Assembly: GCF_018977255.1 (NCBI RefSeq)
Contig: NW_024704742.1
Location: forward strand, 138,200,001 to 138,264,000
DNA length: 64,000 bases
Source of the DNA: Callorhinchus milii
Lineage: Eukaryota
Direction of reading: 5' to 3'
The notes beneath the pieces were generated by a model. The model saw nothing but the letters and a program-made list of their open reading frames with translations. It ran no database searches and was not told the origin of the DNA. Each line of letters opens with the position of its first letter. Within the stretch, counting starts at the first letter, position 1. Shown one piece after another: positions 50,855 through 63,019 of the stretch. A program made the position numbers and the translations under genes.

Positions 50855-52100
50855 CAGCAGCAACAACAACAACTTGCTTTTATACAGTGCCCTCCACGCA
50901 GGGTAGCATTTCAGAGCGCTTAACAGTGGCGGAGCCAGACTCTGGGGTAAGGTACGGTTGGAGGCAGGCAATGTGGTGGAGATGGAAGAAGGCGGTCCTG
51001 GTCAGGGACCAATGTGGGGGAGGAAGGACAGCTGGGGGTCAAACCGGACGCCTAGGTTGTGCACTGGTTCAGTGAGTCTGAGGGAGAGCCCAGGGAGGTT
51101 GAGGAGTGAAGACTTTGATGGGAGCCAAGGAGTATAGCTTCTGTTTTGTCCATATTCAGCTGCAGGCCCTGATACTAATAATAATGTCTGCCAATGATGT
51201 CTGCCAATAATAATGATGTCTGCCAGACAAGCCGATAGAACATCAGGGACCTGGAGTTGGTGCTGGAGGAGGCAAAGTAGATTTGTGTGTTATTCGCTTA
51301 CATTTGGAAGTTTCCCCCAGAGGGAACCTATAGATAAGGAAAAGAAGAGGGTCAAGGATGGGGTCCCTGGGGTATCCCACAAGTGATGGTTAGAGGTTAG
51401 AGCACTCGCCTTGCAAGCGAGACACCTGGGTTCAATTCCAGGCAGAGGGCGAAACCTTAGGCAAGTTTCCTTACTCCACACACCTGATAATAATCCCTCC
51501 AAAACAAAACAATAATAAATTGGTCATTTTCAATCCACGACTGTTTGTGAGACACTGCTGTGCGTAATTGGCTGCCGTGTTCCGTCCACAAATATACGGT
51601 CAATTCACTTTGCAGCATATTCTGTGAAGCGCTTTGAGACATCCAGAAGACATAAAAAACACTATATCAAATGCAAGGATTATTATATTATTTATTATTG
51701 TTATGGGGCGGGAGGAGAAACCATTTGCTGTGATGAAATGGAGGTGGCTGGTTAAGTAGGACTTGAACTATGCGAGTGCAGTCCCACTAAGGTGGCTGAG
51801 GGAAGAGAGGCCAATGGAGGAGGATGGCATGGTCGACAGTGTCGAAAGCGGCAGAGAGGTCCAGGAGGACGAGGAGGCAGATGGAGCCCTGGTCACAGAT
51901 AAAGAGGACGTTGTTTTTAACCTTGACAAGTGCTGTCTGTGCTGTGGGTATCAGGGCAAAAACCAGACTGCAGGGGCTCGAGGAGGGAGTGGAGGGAGAG
52001 ATGTGATCCAAGTTGACCTGCAACAATGCGTTCTAGGACTTTGGCAAGGAAGGGTAGGTTGGAGATGGGATGGTAGTGTGGGAGATTAGAGGGATCGAGG
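50855..52100 (-). mobile_element. L2 RT fragments interrupted by a SINE (51385-51700, +)
   Basis: CDQGSICLLVLLDLSAAFDTVDHAILL; HPISNLPFLAKVLERIV. Confidence 0.85.
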
Positions 52101-54017
52101 GTGCGATAAGCTTGAATGCTGCAAAGGCAGCTAGTAGGAACCCTATTGTTAGTCGATAGGCGGTTCACTTTTCCGGGGGTAATAATCCTTAAAAAAAACA
52201 CAATAATAAATTGGTCACTTCAACGTATTAGATTTTGATTAAGATTTAATCCAAATGCTGTCGCTTGCAGATCAGACTGGTGTACAGGTTGTACGAGTCT
52301 CCAGGAGAAATAAGAGCTGTACAGTTCCATATTGCCAAGGATCCGCACATTCTCGATGTCGAAAGACCCACTAAAAAAGATTTGGTTTTCCAATCATGCC
52401 ATTTTTATATAGTTATACCATTCAATTTGAGCAGTAATCACAGAATATCAATCACTCGTGCCAGGCAATAGTACTGTGTGCAATTGGCTGCCGCCCACAA
52501 ATATACGGTCAATTCACTTTACAGTACAGTCTTTTCTGTGAAGCGCTTTAAGATGTTTCGAAGACATGAAAAGCGCTATATAAAATGCAAGGATTAATAT
52601 TATTATTAATTATTAATAATATTATCAGAACCAGGAACCGCCAACTCATTTTGGAGATACCCTCCTGGTTCTGCTCGACAGGACTCTGTCTGAGGCACAC
52701 ACCACGGCAGTGTTCCAGAGTGCAATTGCTGTTTCCATATCGACCTGTCCACTCCCTCCACTCAGGAAGCTCCAGCGGCGATCGTTCCTTCAGCCTCTCT
52801 GCCCCTACCCTTTGGAAATCCCACAATCTCTTCATCTCACTCCCTCCCTCACATCCTCCAAGGCCTGTCTCAAGACCCTACTCTTCGACTGAGCCTATGG
52901 TCACCCTCCTACCCCCACCCTCACTGCCCTCCACCCCTCCTGATCCCAACCCCCTGCTCAGGTTCAAATCCCTGACTGTCCAGCGCCTTTGGCCGTCCTC
53001 CCGACGTGAAAGGCAGATGCTGTGTAAATGTAATTTGTTGTCGTTCTATCCACAAGAAGGTTGACCCTGGTGAGACTGAGAACCAGCGAGAGATCTCACT
53101 GATTGCTTGAGGTGGTGCTTTGGGGAGTGAGTTTTGGCATGCGCTGAGGTTTGATCAGGAAAGAACAGGCTGGATTTTGTTTTTGCGGAGGAGTGTGCGG
53201 GGCAGTGTGATGATTTATACAACAATGGAATTTTCTTCAAAAACAGTCGAAAAATAGTGGGTGTCAATAAAATCCCGGGAAGCTTAAATTGTCAACATGA
53301 ACCCCCCCCAGCTGTTTAATAATAATCCTTGCTGACGCACAATGTTTTAACTCATGGGGTGAGAGTGTGAGCGAGTGCACAACACTGACATCCAAATGGC
53401 AAATGTAAGAATGTGAAACAACCTCCTGGTCCATAACTTGTGCTGATGCGAAGTTACGGGGGTTATGTGATAAGAGTTTTGCTTGAAGGTTTCAAGAGGA
53501 AACCACGGAGTGTGTGGCTGAGTCACATGTAGGTCAAACTGGCAGGATTCCTTCCCTGAAGGACATAATAAAAATATTAATAATAATAATAATAATCCTT
53601 GCATTTGATATAGCTCCTTAACACGTCTTCGAGACGTCAAAGCACTTCATAGAATATACTGTAAAGTGAATTGACTATATTTTGTGGGCCAAACGTGGCA
53701 GCCAATTGTGCACAGCGACATCCCACAAACAGTCATGGATTGAAGTGACCAAATTTATTTCTTTGGAAGGGATTATTATCCCTGGAAAAGCGATCCGCCA
53801 AGCGATTAACAATCGGGTTCCTACTCACTGCTGGTAAACAGAGGCGTGTGGAGTAAGGAAACTTGCCCAACATTTTGCCATTCCCGGAAATCAAATCCAG
53901 GTCCTCTGGCTTGCGAGACGAGTTCTCTAACCACTACAGGATTCCACAACAACAATTTACATTTATACACGCAGGGTAGCGTTTCGGAGCGCTGTACAGA
54001 GGTGGATCCTGAACCCA

Positions 54018-55865
54018 ACAACAACAACAACAAACAGATTACATTTATATAGCGCCTTTCACGTCGAGAGGACGTCCCAAGGCACTGGACAGTGTACAGA
54101 ATTTCAAACATGAGCTGGGTTCAGGGGGGAGAAGGGAGGGGAGGGGAAGGGGGGTGGCCGATGACATGCTCGAAGAGGAGGGTTTTGAGGGGGGACTTGA
54201 AGGAGGCTAAGGAGGGGGTGAGGCGGAGTGATTGGGGGATGGAATTCCAGAGTTTGGGGGCAGAGTGGCTGAAGGCTCTCCCGCCAATGGTGGGGCGGGT
54301 GGGTCGGGGGATGTGGAGCAGCCAGAGCCGGCTGAGCAGAGGGAGCGGGCAGGTTGGTAGGAGGTTAGGAGGTTACAGACGTAGGGTGGGGTGAGGCCGT
54401 GGAGGACTTTATAGATGAGGACCAGGATTTTGAACTGGATCCTCTGAAGGATAGAGAGCCAATGGAGTCGGGCGAGAGTGGGGGAGATGGGGTCACGGAG
54501 TTTGGTGCGGGAGAGGACACGGGCTGCAGAGTTCTGGATTATCTGCAGTCTGTGGAGGGGGGAGTTGGGAAGGTCGACACGCAGGGAGTTTGCATAGTCG
54601 AGCCTGGAGGTGATGAAAGCACGAACAAGTGTTTCAGCGCCTGAGGGGTGAGGTAGTGGTGGAGTCGGGCGATGTTACGGAGGTGAGGGAAGGCAGAGCG
54701 GGTCATGGCTTGAATGTGGGGGAGAAAAGACAGTTGAGGGTTGAACATGACACCCGGGTTCCTGACTGGCGGTGAGTTGAAGTGTGCAACCATGGAGGGT
54801 GATGGTGCCGGAGCCTGAGGTGCTGAGGGCCGATCAGGAGGGCCTCAGTCTTGTTCACATTCAACTGTAGGAAATTTGCCCTCATCCAGGACTTAATGTC
54901 CGACAGACAGTCTGTCAGTCAGCAGTGGTCCTGGAGTTGAGGGTGGGGGCAGAAAGATAGAGTTGGGTGTCATCCGCATACATGTGGAAGTTGACCCCAT
55001 GTCTGCGGATGATGTCACCGAGGGGGAGAATGTAGATATTAAAGAGGAGACAAGGACAGAGCCCTGGGGGACGCCAGATGTGACAGTGCGGGGGCTGGAG
55101 GAGAAACCATTAGAGGCTACAAAGTTGAGACAGTGAGAGAAATAAGATTCGAACCAGGCAAGGGCAGATCCATGACTATTAAGTAAGGCGGATAGGCGAT
55201 GTATGAAGATGGAATGGTCAACAGTGTCGAAGACGGCAGAGAGGTCGAGGAGGACAAGGAGGCAGAGGGAGCCCTGATCACAGATGTTCAGAATGTCATT
55301 AGTGACTGTGACCAGGGCTGTTTCCGTGCTGTGGGCTTCGCGGAAGCCCGATTGGAGGGGTTCAAAGAGGGAATGGCGAGAGAGAAAGGAGCGGAGCTGG
55401 GACACGATGACTCATTCCAGGACCCTGGAGAGGAATAGGAGGTTAGAGATGGGCCGGCAGCTGGAGAGGAGGGATGGATCCAAGGAAGGTTTTTTCAGGA
55501 TGGGCATGATGACGGCTGTTTTTAGGGGGGTGGGAACTGTACCGGTGGACAAGGAGAGGTCGATGAAGTAGGACAGGAGAGAGACCAGAAGGTGGAGCTG
55601 GGAGATGAGGAGAGAGATGGGGATGGAATCAAGGGAGCAGGTGGTGGGTTTGAGTTTGCGAACAATGGTGGGGAGGGAGAGATAGGGTCGAAGGAGTATA
55701 GGGGGTGGATGGGTGGGGGATGGGTCATGAGGGAGAGGTGATGTGGGGGTGGTGATGGACGGGGACGGGGAAGAGGTGGCTGAACATATCCCCTCGATTT
55801 TGGATTCAAGGAAGTCCAGCATCTCCTCACAGTTGGACCGCAAGCCGAGGATATAGAGGAGGTGA
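54018..55865 (-). mobile_element. Longest L2 LINE (RT to 3' tail), frameshifted
   Basis: [75 protein letters not shown] and a (ttg)n tail. Confidence 0.93.
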
Positions 55866-57019
55866 CCATAAATAAGCACGGTCGAAGAGGAAGGTCTCGG
55901 GTGCCATCCGAAGACAGGCAAGGCGGAGGGATTGAGGAAGAGTGTTCCAAAGTCACGTGGCATAGTGGTTGAAAGCACGGCCATCGATGATGGAACGCAG
56001 GTCACGAGGGACAAACAGGAGGCTGGATCCAGCTGTGCGGAGGCAGCGGGTAGTGGGTTGGGAGAGTAAGCAGGTCAGAGAGTTCGGGGAGTGCCAGGGC
56101 ATGAGAGACTTGTGCGCAAGACTGAGAATTCGGTGACAAGCCTGTGGAGCCTGGCGAGACTGGGTGATGGGAAATGAACTGGTTGAGCTGTTACAACAAT
56201 TTGGTGACGATATGGCCATTTTTCTGGCTCCAGTTCAAACGACCAACCTTTCAAATCCATTCCTTACAAAGCCGCAATGCAGAGTCAATTGGTCAACACG
56301 TCAACGCTGTGTTAGTGTGTGTGTGCCGCCTGGTGGCAGTCACAGAATCCACACCAACAACAATAATCCTTGCGCTTCAAAGTGCTTCACTGGATTTGCT
56401 GTAAAGTACAGCGACTGTGTATTTTGTGGTCAATTGCGGCAGCCAATGTGTGAATAGTATTTCTTACAGATGTTGCGTTTGATCCACAAAATACACAGTC
56501 AATTCACTTTCCAGTATATTCCGTGGAGCACTTTGAGATGTCTCAAAGACGTGATAAGGCGCTATGTCAAATGCAAGGATTATTATCAGTATTATTATAA
56601 ATAGCTGTGAAAAAAATTACCAATTTTATGATATATTGAATTATGTCATATTATGTATCATCACATTATATATCCGTTCTTCAGAAGAGATGTTAAACCG
56701 AGGTCCATCTACCTGTTCAGGTGGATGTCAAAGATCCCATAGCACTATTTCAAAAGAGAAGGGAATTTCTCTCTCTGTTTCCTGACCAAATAAAATCAGT
56801 TGTTCACTCCATGGTCACAAATACATAGTGCTTTGAGTCATCCTTCCAACGTGATAAGGCGCTACACGAAATGCAATTATTTTTATTATATTAATAATAT
56901 AGTGAATAGGGTGGTACGCCACATTGGATAGATGTCACTCACCTCACTCCTCCCGCCATCTGGGGACGATGTATCTCACTCACCTCACTCACACCAACAG
57001 GGGGCATTGTGATCCACTC

Positions 57020-58250
57020 ACTCACACCATGTTTCTGGTCAGCCGGGTGTTTGACACATGCTGAAACCTCACCAAACCAAACCGAGAATGCCATGCTTCA
57101 CACCTACCTGTTAGGCTGTGGCTTGCAGGGTTAACAGGAGCTGAGTGGAAAGATTCCCTAGTCCCAGGGACTGGTCTGCCTTTCCAAGTGGAGTCCTGTA
57201 GCTCAGTGGTTAGAGCACTCGCTTTGCAAGTGAGAGACCTGAGTTCAATTCCAGGCAGAGGGCGAAACCTTGGGCAAGTTTCCTTACTCCACACAGAGCC
57301 TAATAATAATCCTCCAAAACAAAACAATAATAAATTGGTCATTTTCAATCTACGACTGTTTGTGGGACATTGCTGTGCGCAATTGGCTGCCGCGTTCGCC
57401 CACAAATATACAGTCAATTCACTTTACAGTGTATTCTGTGAATCACTTTGGGACGTCCTCACAACGTGAAAAGCGCTATATCAAATGCAAGGATTATTAT
57501 TATTATAAGACCTGCCAATGAATCAGGCTGCCCGGGCCCTGGAGGACTGGGCAACACAGCTCAGCATGAAACGTGTGAGACCTTTGCCAGCATGTGGCAG
57601 AGCTTAGGCACACATCCCTTCTAATTGAGCAATGGTTCCCCAGTTGGAGGTGCAGAGTTTAAGTAGAAGCTACTTGCCTCTCTGCAGCAAGGTGGATTCC
57701 TGGTGTTGGACATACAAATGTGTGTTCATGAACTTGGACTCCAGGTAATGCCTTCCAGCACCTGTCATCTGAAGCCACAGGTTTCCTCATCAGCTATCTG
57801 AGGGACATCTACCTTCAGGACAGGTTGTGACGTGCCAGCCACCTTGATGTTCTTGAGGTCCAAGTCCAATGTCGCGTACCAGGCTCACTCAGCCCCAGCT
57901 GCTTAATCCAGATCCTCACACGAGGGGCCTTGGCAAGTAGACGTGCCTCCAGGGAGCTTGGCGTCAGATCAGTGTAGGCCAGAGCCTTCCTCCCTGTAGC
58001 CACTTCCCGTGTTTACCACAAAGCTACCGCACTGCTTGATTCTAGTCTCTCCACATGGGTCGGAGGAAACCTCTCCACTGCATTCCCGGGAGCTCAGATC
58101 CACAAAGGAGGATTGTTTGGACATGGGTCTCGTATGTCACAAACTTGACCTGTACTTGGACCTTGTTCTTGAAGAGAGACGTGAATGACCAGAGTGCCCT
58201 TCGCCCCTTCGATGTGCCGTCCCTCAGGACAGTGAGCACTCTGTCTCCAT
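57020..58250 (-). mobile_element. RTE-like LINE C-terminus and 3' UTR, split by a SINE
   Basis: SLFKNKVQVQVKFVTYETHVQTILLCGSE resembles the RTE-clade K.K.R.Y...V...LLYGSE motif. Confidence 0.55.
57188..57507 (+). mobile_element. Young short-subfamily SINE
   Basis: Near-identical to the 33633-33950 and 46608-46924 copies. Confidence 0.92.
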
Positions 58251-58344
58251 CACTCATTCCCACCATCAGGAGGTGCTGTGTCTCCATCAACAACTTGCAT
58301 TTACAAAGCGCCCCTTTGCAGGGTAGTGTCCCAGAGCTTGACAT

Positions 58345-59230
58345 GCGGGCTGGTGGGGGGGGTGTGGGCTGGTGGGGGGCGGTGCGGGCTGGTGGGGGGG
58401 GGTGCGGGCTGGTGGGGGGGGTTGAGGGCTGGTGGGGGGGGGGGTGCGGGCTGGTGGGGGGGGGGTGCGGGCTGGTGGGGGGGGGTGCGGGCTGGTGGGG
58501 GGGGGGGTGCGGGCTGGTGGGGGGGGTGCGGGCTGGTGGGGGGGGTGCGGGCTGGTGGGGGGGGTGCGGGCTGGTGGGGGGCGGTGCGGGCTGGTGGGGG
58601 GGGGTGCGGGCTGGTGGGGGGGTGGGGGGGGGGGGTGCGGGCTGGTGGGGGGGGTGCGGGCTGGTGGGGGGGGGTGCGGGCTGGTGGGGGGGTGCGGGCT
58701 GGTGGGGGGGCGGTGCGGGCTGGTGGGGGGCGGTGCGGGCTGGTGGGGGGGGTGCGGGCTGGTGGGGGGGGGTGCGGGCTGGGGGTGGGGGGGGGGTGCG
58801 GTGGTGGGGGGTGCGGGCTGGTGGGGGGGGTGCGGGCTGGTGGGGGGGGGTGCGGGCTGGTGGGGGGGGGGTGCGGGCTGGTGGGGGGGGGGGTGCGGGC
58901 TGGGGGGGGGGGGTGGGGCTGGGGGGGGGGTGCGGGCTGGTGGGGGGGGGGTGCGGGCTGGTGGGGGGGGGGTGCGGGCTGGTGGGGGGGGGGTGCGGGC
59001 TGGTGGGGGGGGTGGGTGCGGGGTGGTGGGGGGTGGGTGCGGGGCTGGGGGGGTGGGTGCGGGCTGGTGGGGGGGGGGGTGCGGGCTGGTGGGGGGGGGT
59101 GCGGGCTGGTGGGGGGGGTGCGGGCTGGTGGGGGGGTGCGGGCGGGGGGGGGGTGCGGGCTGGTGGGGGGGGTGCGGGCTGGGTGGGGGGGGGTGCGGGT
59201 GGGGGGGGGTGCGGGCGGGTGGGGAGGGGG
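58345..59230 (+). repeat. G-rich minisatellite (gtgcgggctggtggggggg)n
   Basis: About 20-bp unit with variable G-run length. Confidence 0.95.
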
Positions 59231-59328
59231 TGTGAGTGCTGTTCTGAGTTACATTATCATTAATATTTTTTAATGTCTATTTAAACCTGACTACACCGTC
59301 ACGGGGGGGGGGGGGGTGGCGACCATTT

Positions 59329-59462
59329 GGAGGACCGGTGAGGACCATTGGAGGACCAGTGAGGATCATTGGAGGACCGGTGAGGACCATTGGAGGACCG
59401 GTGAGGACCATTGGAGGACCGGTGAGGATCATTGGAGGACCGGTGAGGACCATTGGAGGACC
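59329..59462 (+). repeat. 21-bp tandem repeat (ggaggaccggtgaggaccatt), 6 copies plus a partial
   Basis: Read directly; appears as the EDHWRTG repeat in the ORF track. Confidence 0.92.
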
Positions 59463-59667
59463 CGACAGCGCCAGGAGGACCCGTGGAGAGGATGTGCCCG
59501 GGAAAGAGAGGTCGCCTCTTGGCCGCGACGGCGCCTCATTGTCGCCGGTGGGGGGGGGGTGGGGGGTCGCTATTCCCGGCCATTGTTGACCGGCTTCCGG
59601 TCGGGTCGGGCGGCGCTTCCGGCGGGCGGTTGGTTGAGGGGATTTGAAGATAAACACGGGCCCAGCC
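59463..59667 (+). promoter_or_regulatory. PAIP1 CpG-island promoter / 5' UTR
   Basis: CpG-dense. Two CTTCCGG ETS/GABP-type motifs (about 59594 and 59616) and a YY1-like GGCCATTGTT (about 59578) lie just upstream of the ATG. Confidence 0.7.
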
Positions 59668-59980
59668 ATGGACGGCAAACCCGCCGCTTTCGACCGGGCT
59701 CCGGGAGCGGGCCGGGGGCGGGGCCGAGGGCTGGCCACGGGCTCGCCCGGCCTCAGGGCCCAGGGACACGGCGACAGCGCGCAGGAGAGCGGCCTGTCCG
59801 GCCCTGGAGGGGGGGGAGGAGGAGGAGTTGGAGGAGGCCCGGGCCCCGGGGCCGGCTCGGGAACAGGCTCCGGCTCGGGCGCCGCTTTCCCGGGTAATGG
59901 TGTTCATGTCAAGGGCGGAATCCAGCAGCAGGAGCCGCTCCGGCAGCCGAGGAGCAGCCCCCCACTGGCAGAGTATCAGG
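59668..59980 (+). CDS. PAIP1: PAIP1 (poly(A)-binding protein-interacting protein 1) exon 1
   Basis: Kozak gccATGg, then MDGKPAAFDRAPGAGRGRGRGL...FPGNG...EPLRQPRSSPPLAEYQ(G)|gtaacc. Matches recalled human MSDGFDRAPGAGRGRSRGL...FPNG...PPLRQPRTTPP. 313 bp, phase 1. Confidence 0.9.
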
Positions 59981-60421
59981 GTAACCTCATCATATATAGC
60001 TAAACACTGGGGTGTACCCCCCACACACACACACACACAGAGTATCAGGGTAACCGCATCATATATAGCTAAACACTGGGGTGTACCCCCCCCCCCCACA
60101 CACACACAGAGTATCAGGGTAACCGCATCATATATAGCTAAACACTGGGGTGTACCCCCCCCCCCCCCACACACACACAGAGTATCAGGGTAACCTCATC
60201 ATATATAGCTAAACACTGGGGTACCCCCCCCCCCCACACACACACACACAGAGTATCAGGGTAACAATATATAGCTAAACAGTGAGGTGTACCCCCCCCC
60301 CACACACACACACACACAGAGTATCAGGGTAACAATATGTAGCTGAACAGTGGGGTGTACCCCCCCCCACACAGAGTATCAGGGTAACTAATATATAGCT
60401 AAACAGTGGGGTGTACCCCCC

Positions 60422-60463
<42 letters not shown>

Positions 60464-60630
60464 CAGGGCAACATCATCATATATAGCTGAACAGTGGGGT
60501 GTACCCCCCCCCCACACACACACAGAGTATCAGGGTAACAATATATAGCTAAACAGTGGGGTGTACCCCCCCCCACACACACACAGAGTATCAGGGTAAC
60601 AATAATATATAGCTAAACAGTGGGGTGTAA
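59968..60630 (+). repeat. Young minisatellite (about 55-85 bp unit) built from the PAIP1 exon 1/intron 1 junction
   Basis: Unit cagagtatcagggtaac...atatatagctaaacaStggggtgtaccccc(ca)n; the true junction plus 9 copies. Confidence 0.9.
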
Positions 60631-60669
60631 TAATAATATCATCATTAATGTTGTTAATATAATATGACT

Positions 60670-62150
60670 AAACAGTGAGGAGCAGCCCCCCCGCCCCCGC
60701 CCTGCCACTGGCAGAGTATTCTGGTAGCTCATCACAATCAAATATATTAATATAACCGTTAATAACATTAATATTAATTGCTCTGCACAATCGGCTGCAG
60801 TGTTTCGCCCACAAAATATACAGTCACCACACATTACGGTATATTCTGTGAAGCGCTTTTGAGACGTTGCGAAGACGTGATGAAGCATATCAAATGCACG
60901 GATTATTATTATTATACAATGTCATCAATAAAATGCAACTAGACCGTGAGGAGCAGAGTATCCTGGTAACCTCATTACAATATAATAACTAATGTATGAT
61001 GTAACTAAATGTTGAGGAGCAGCCCCGCCTCTGACAGAGTATCCTGGTAACTCACAAATATATAATTAATATAATAATTAATATCATTAATATAACATCA
61101 TTAATATAATAACTCCACAAATGAAGAGCAGTACAGGGGTAACTCATATGGTTAATAGCATTATGAATGTCATCATTATAATACAATAACTAAACACTGA
61201 GGAGGAGTCCGCTGCTGGCATAGTATCCGAGTAATAATATTGTTATAACTAATCTATCGTAATTAATATAACTAATCACAGGCTGAGTGTCAGTGTAACT
61301 CATATAGTTATTAATATAATAGCTAATAACATAATTAATTTCATTAATATAATGTAACTGAACCCTGAGGAACAGTCCGCCACTGGTAGATTATCTGGGT
61401 AACAATATCAAAATAATCCTTGCAATTGATAAAGCGTCTTATGTCTTCGCAATGTCTCAAGGCGCTTCGCAGAGTATACTGTGAAGCGAATTCACTATAG
61501 TTTGTGAACAAATCGTGACAGCAATTGTGCACTGCAGTGTCCCACAGATAGTCGTGGATTGAGTGGCCCATTATTATTTATTTAATTATTTGACGAAGGG
61601 AATTTTACCCTCGGAAAATGATCCACCAATCGACTAACAATCAGGTTCCCACTTACTGCTAGGTAAACAGAGGCTATGGAATAAGGAAATTTCCCTAATA
61701 ATAAATAAATAGTAAAATTCCCTGCCCAGGAATCAAACCAGGTTCTCTTGCTTGCAAGGCGATTGCTCTAACCACTGAGCTACAGGACTATAACATAATT
61801 AATATAATTGCGGAGCAGCCCATCACTGGCAGAGTACCATAATTATTAATAATTTATAAGATAAAAGTATCAGCAATGTAACATCATTTCTATAATAATT
61901 CAACATTGAGGAGCAGCCCGCAACTGGCAGAGTACCAGGGTAACTCATATCATTAATGTAATAACTAATATATAATGTGTATAATATCAGGAATATAATA
62001 ATTCAACACTGAGGTGCAGCCTGCCAGTGCCAGAGTTTTTGGATGATAATAATATAATTAATATAATAATTAATATAATATACAGGTAATTAGTATAATA
62101 ACTCAACACTGAGGATCAGACCCCACTGGCAAAATACCCAGGTAACACCT
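60670..62150 (+). repeat. Older degenerate copies of the PAIP1 exon 1 end in AT-rich spacer
   Basis: gaggagcagccc...actggcagagta...ggtaac variants near 60678, 60948, 61014, 61123, 61199, 61367, 61810, 61908, 62011 and 62111. Confidence 0.8.
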
Positions 62151-63019
62151 TTATTATAATAATATCATTAATATGGTTACCAATAAACACAGTAATCAGT
62201 TTATTTATAAAATCACCCCCAAAATATAGTCGCGCCAGTTTACACATATTCTGGGAAGCATTTTGAGACATCTTGACAAGGTGATAAGGCGCAATATAAA
62301 ATGCAAGGATTATTATTATATTGTTAGTGATTCGGATGAGGTGTTAAAATTAAGTCCCACCATTCTGGTTGGGCAAGCGTTAAAGATCCTGCGGTGCTAT
62401 TGGTAAAGCCAAGGGAATTTCTCTCTCCCAATATCCTGGCCAATAATCCCCCTGATATAATTGGACACTCACTTCATGGCTGTGTGTCTGTGAGAGTGCA
62501 GTGCCCAGATTGGCTGCTGCGTTTGCCTATAAATACACAGTGACTACAGTAAAATCCAGAAGGACACCGTCAACATCCCAGTTTACAGTCAATGTTAAAC
62601 AATTAATAATAAACCTCATGTTTGATACAACATCTGTTGTATTGAAGTGACTCAAAATGCTTGAGGCAGTTGCTGACAAGTGTAGTGACTGCAAAATCAC
62701 TGCATTTGCTCACAAATAAGTCACTGCATTTGGTGAACACTCTTTCCCCCCCCCACCCCTCCTCTCTGTTTCTCTTCTCTCTCTGCCTGGTGATTTCTTT
62801 TGTCTCTGTAAAATGCTTTGTGTAAGCTGTTGTGAAGCTGCTAGACTTTCACTGCGAGAAACACTGTGTAAGAGTGAGCTGTGAGTTTTTTTTGGTCAGC
62901 CTGCCCTCAGCCCCTCTTGATCCCAACACCGAGCCGGGTCCAAATCTCTGATTATCCAGGGCCATGGGACATCCTCTTGATGTGAAAGCTGCAGTGAAAA
63001 TGTAATTTATTGTTTGTTG

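Noticed and set aside
57188..57270. tRNA-Ala-like sequences (many copies)
   Set aside because: They are SINE heads followed by SINE body, with no proper acceptor stem or Pol III terminator.
58055..59273. Gly-rich ORFs of 267-402 aa
   Set aside because: Translations of the G-rich minisatellite, open in all frames.
24016..59300. NNT, expected head-to-head with PAIP1
   Set aside because: No NNT-like peptide was recognised on either strand.
59968..60630. CRISPR-like repeat/spacer appearance
   Set aside because: Vertebrate intron; the spacers are only variable C and CA runs; no cas genes.
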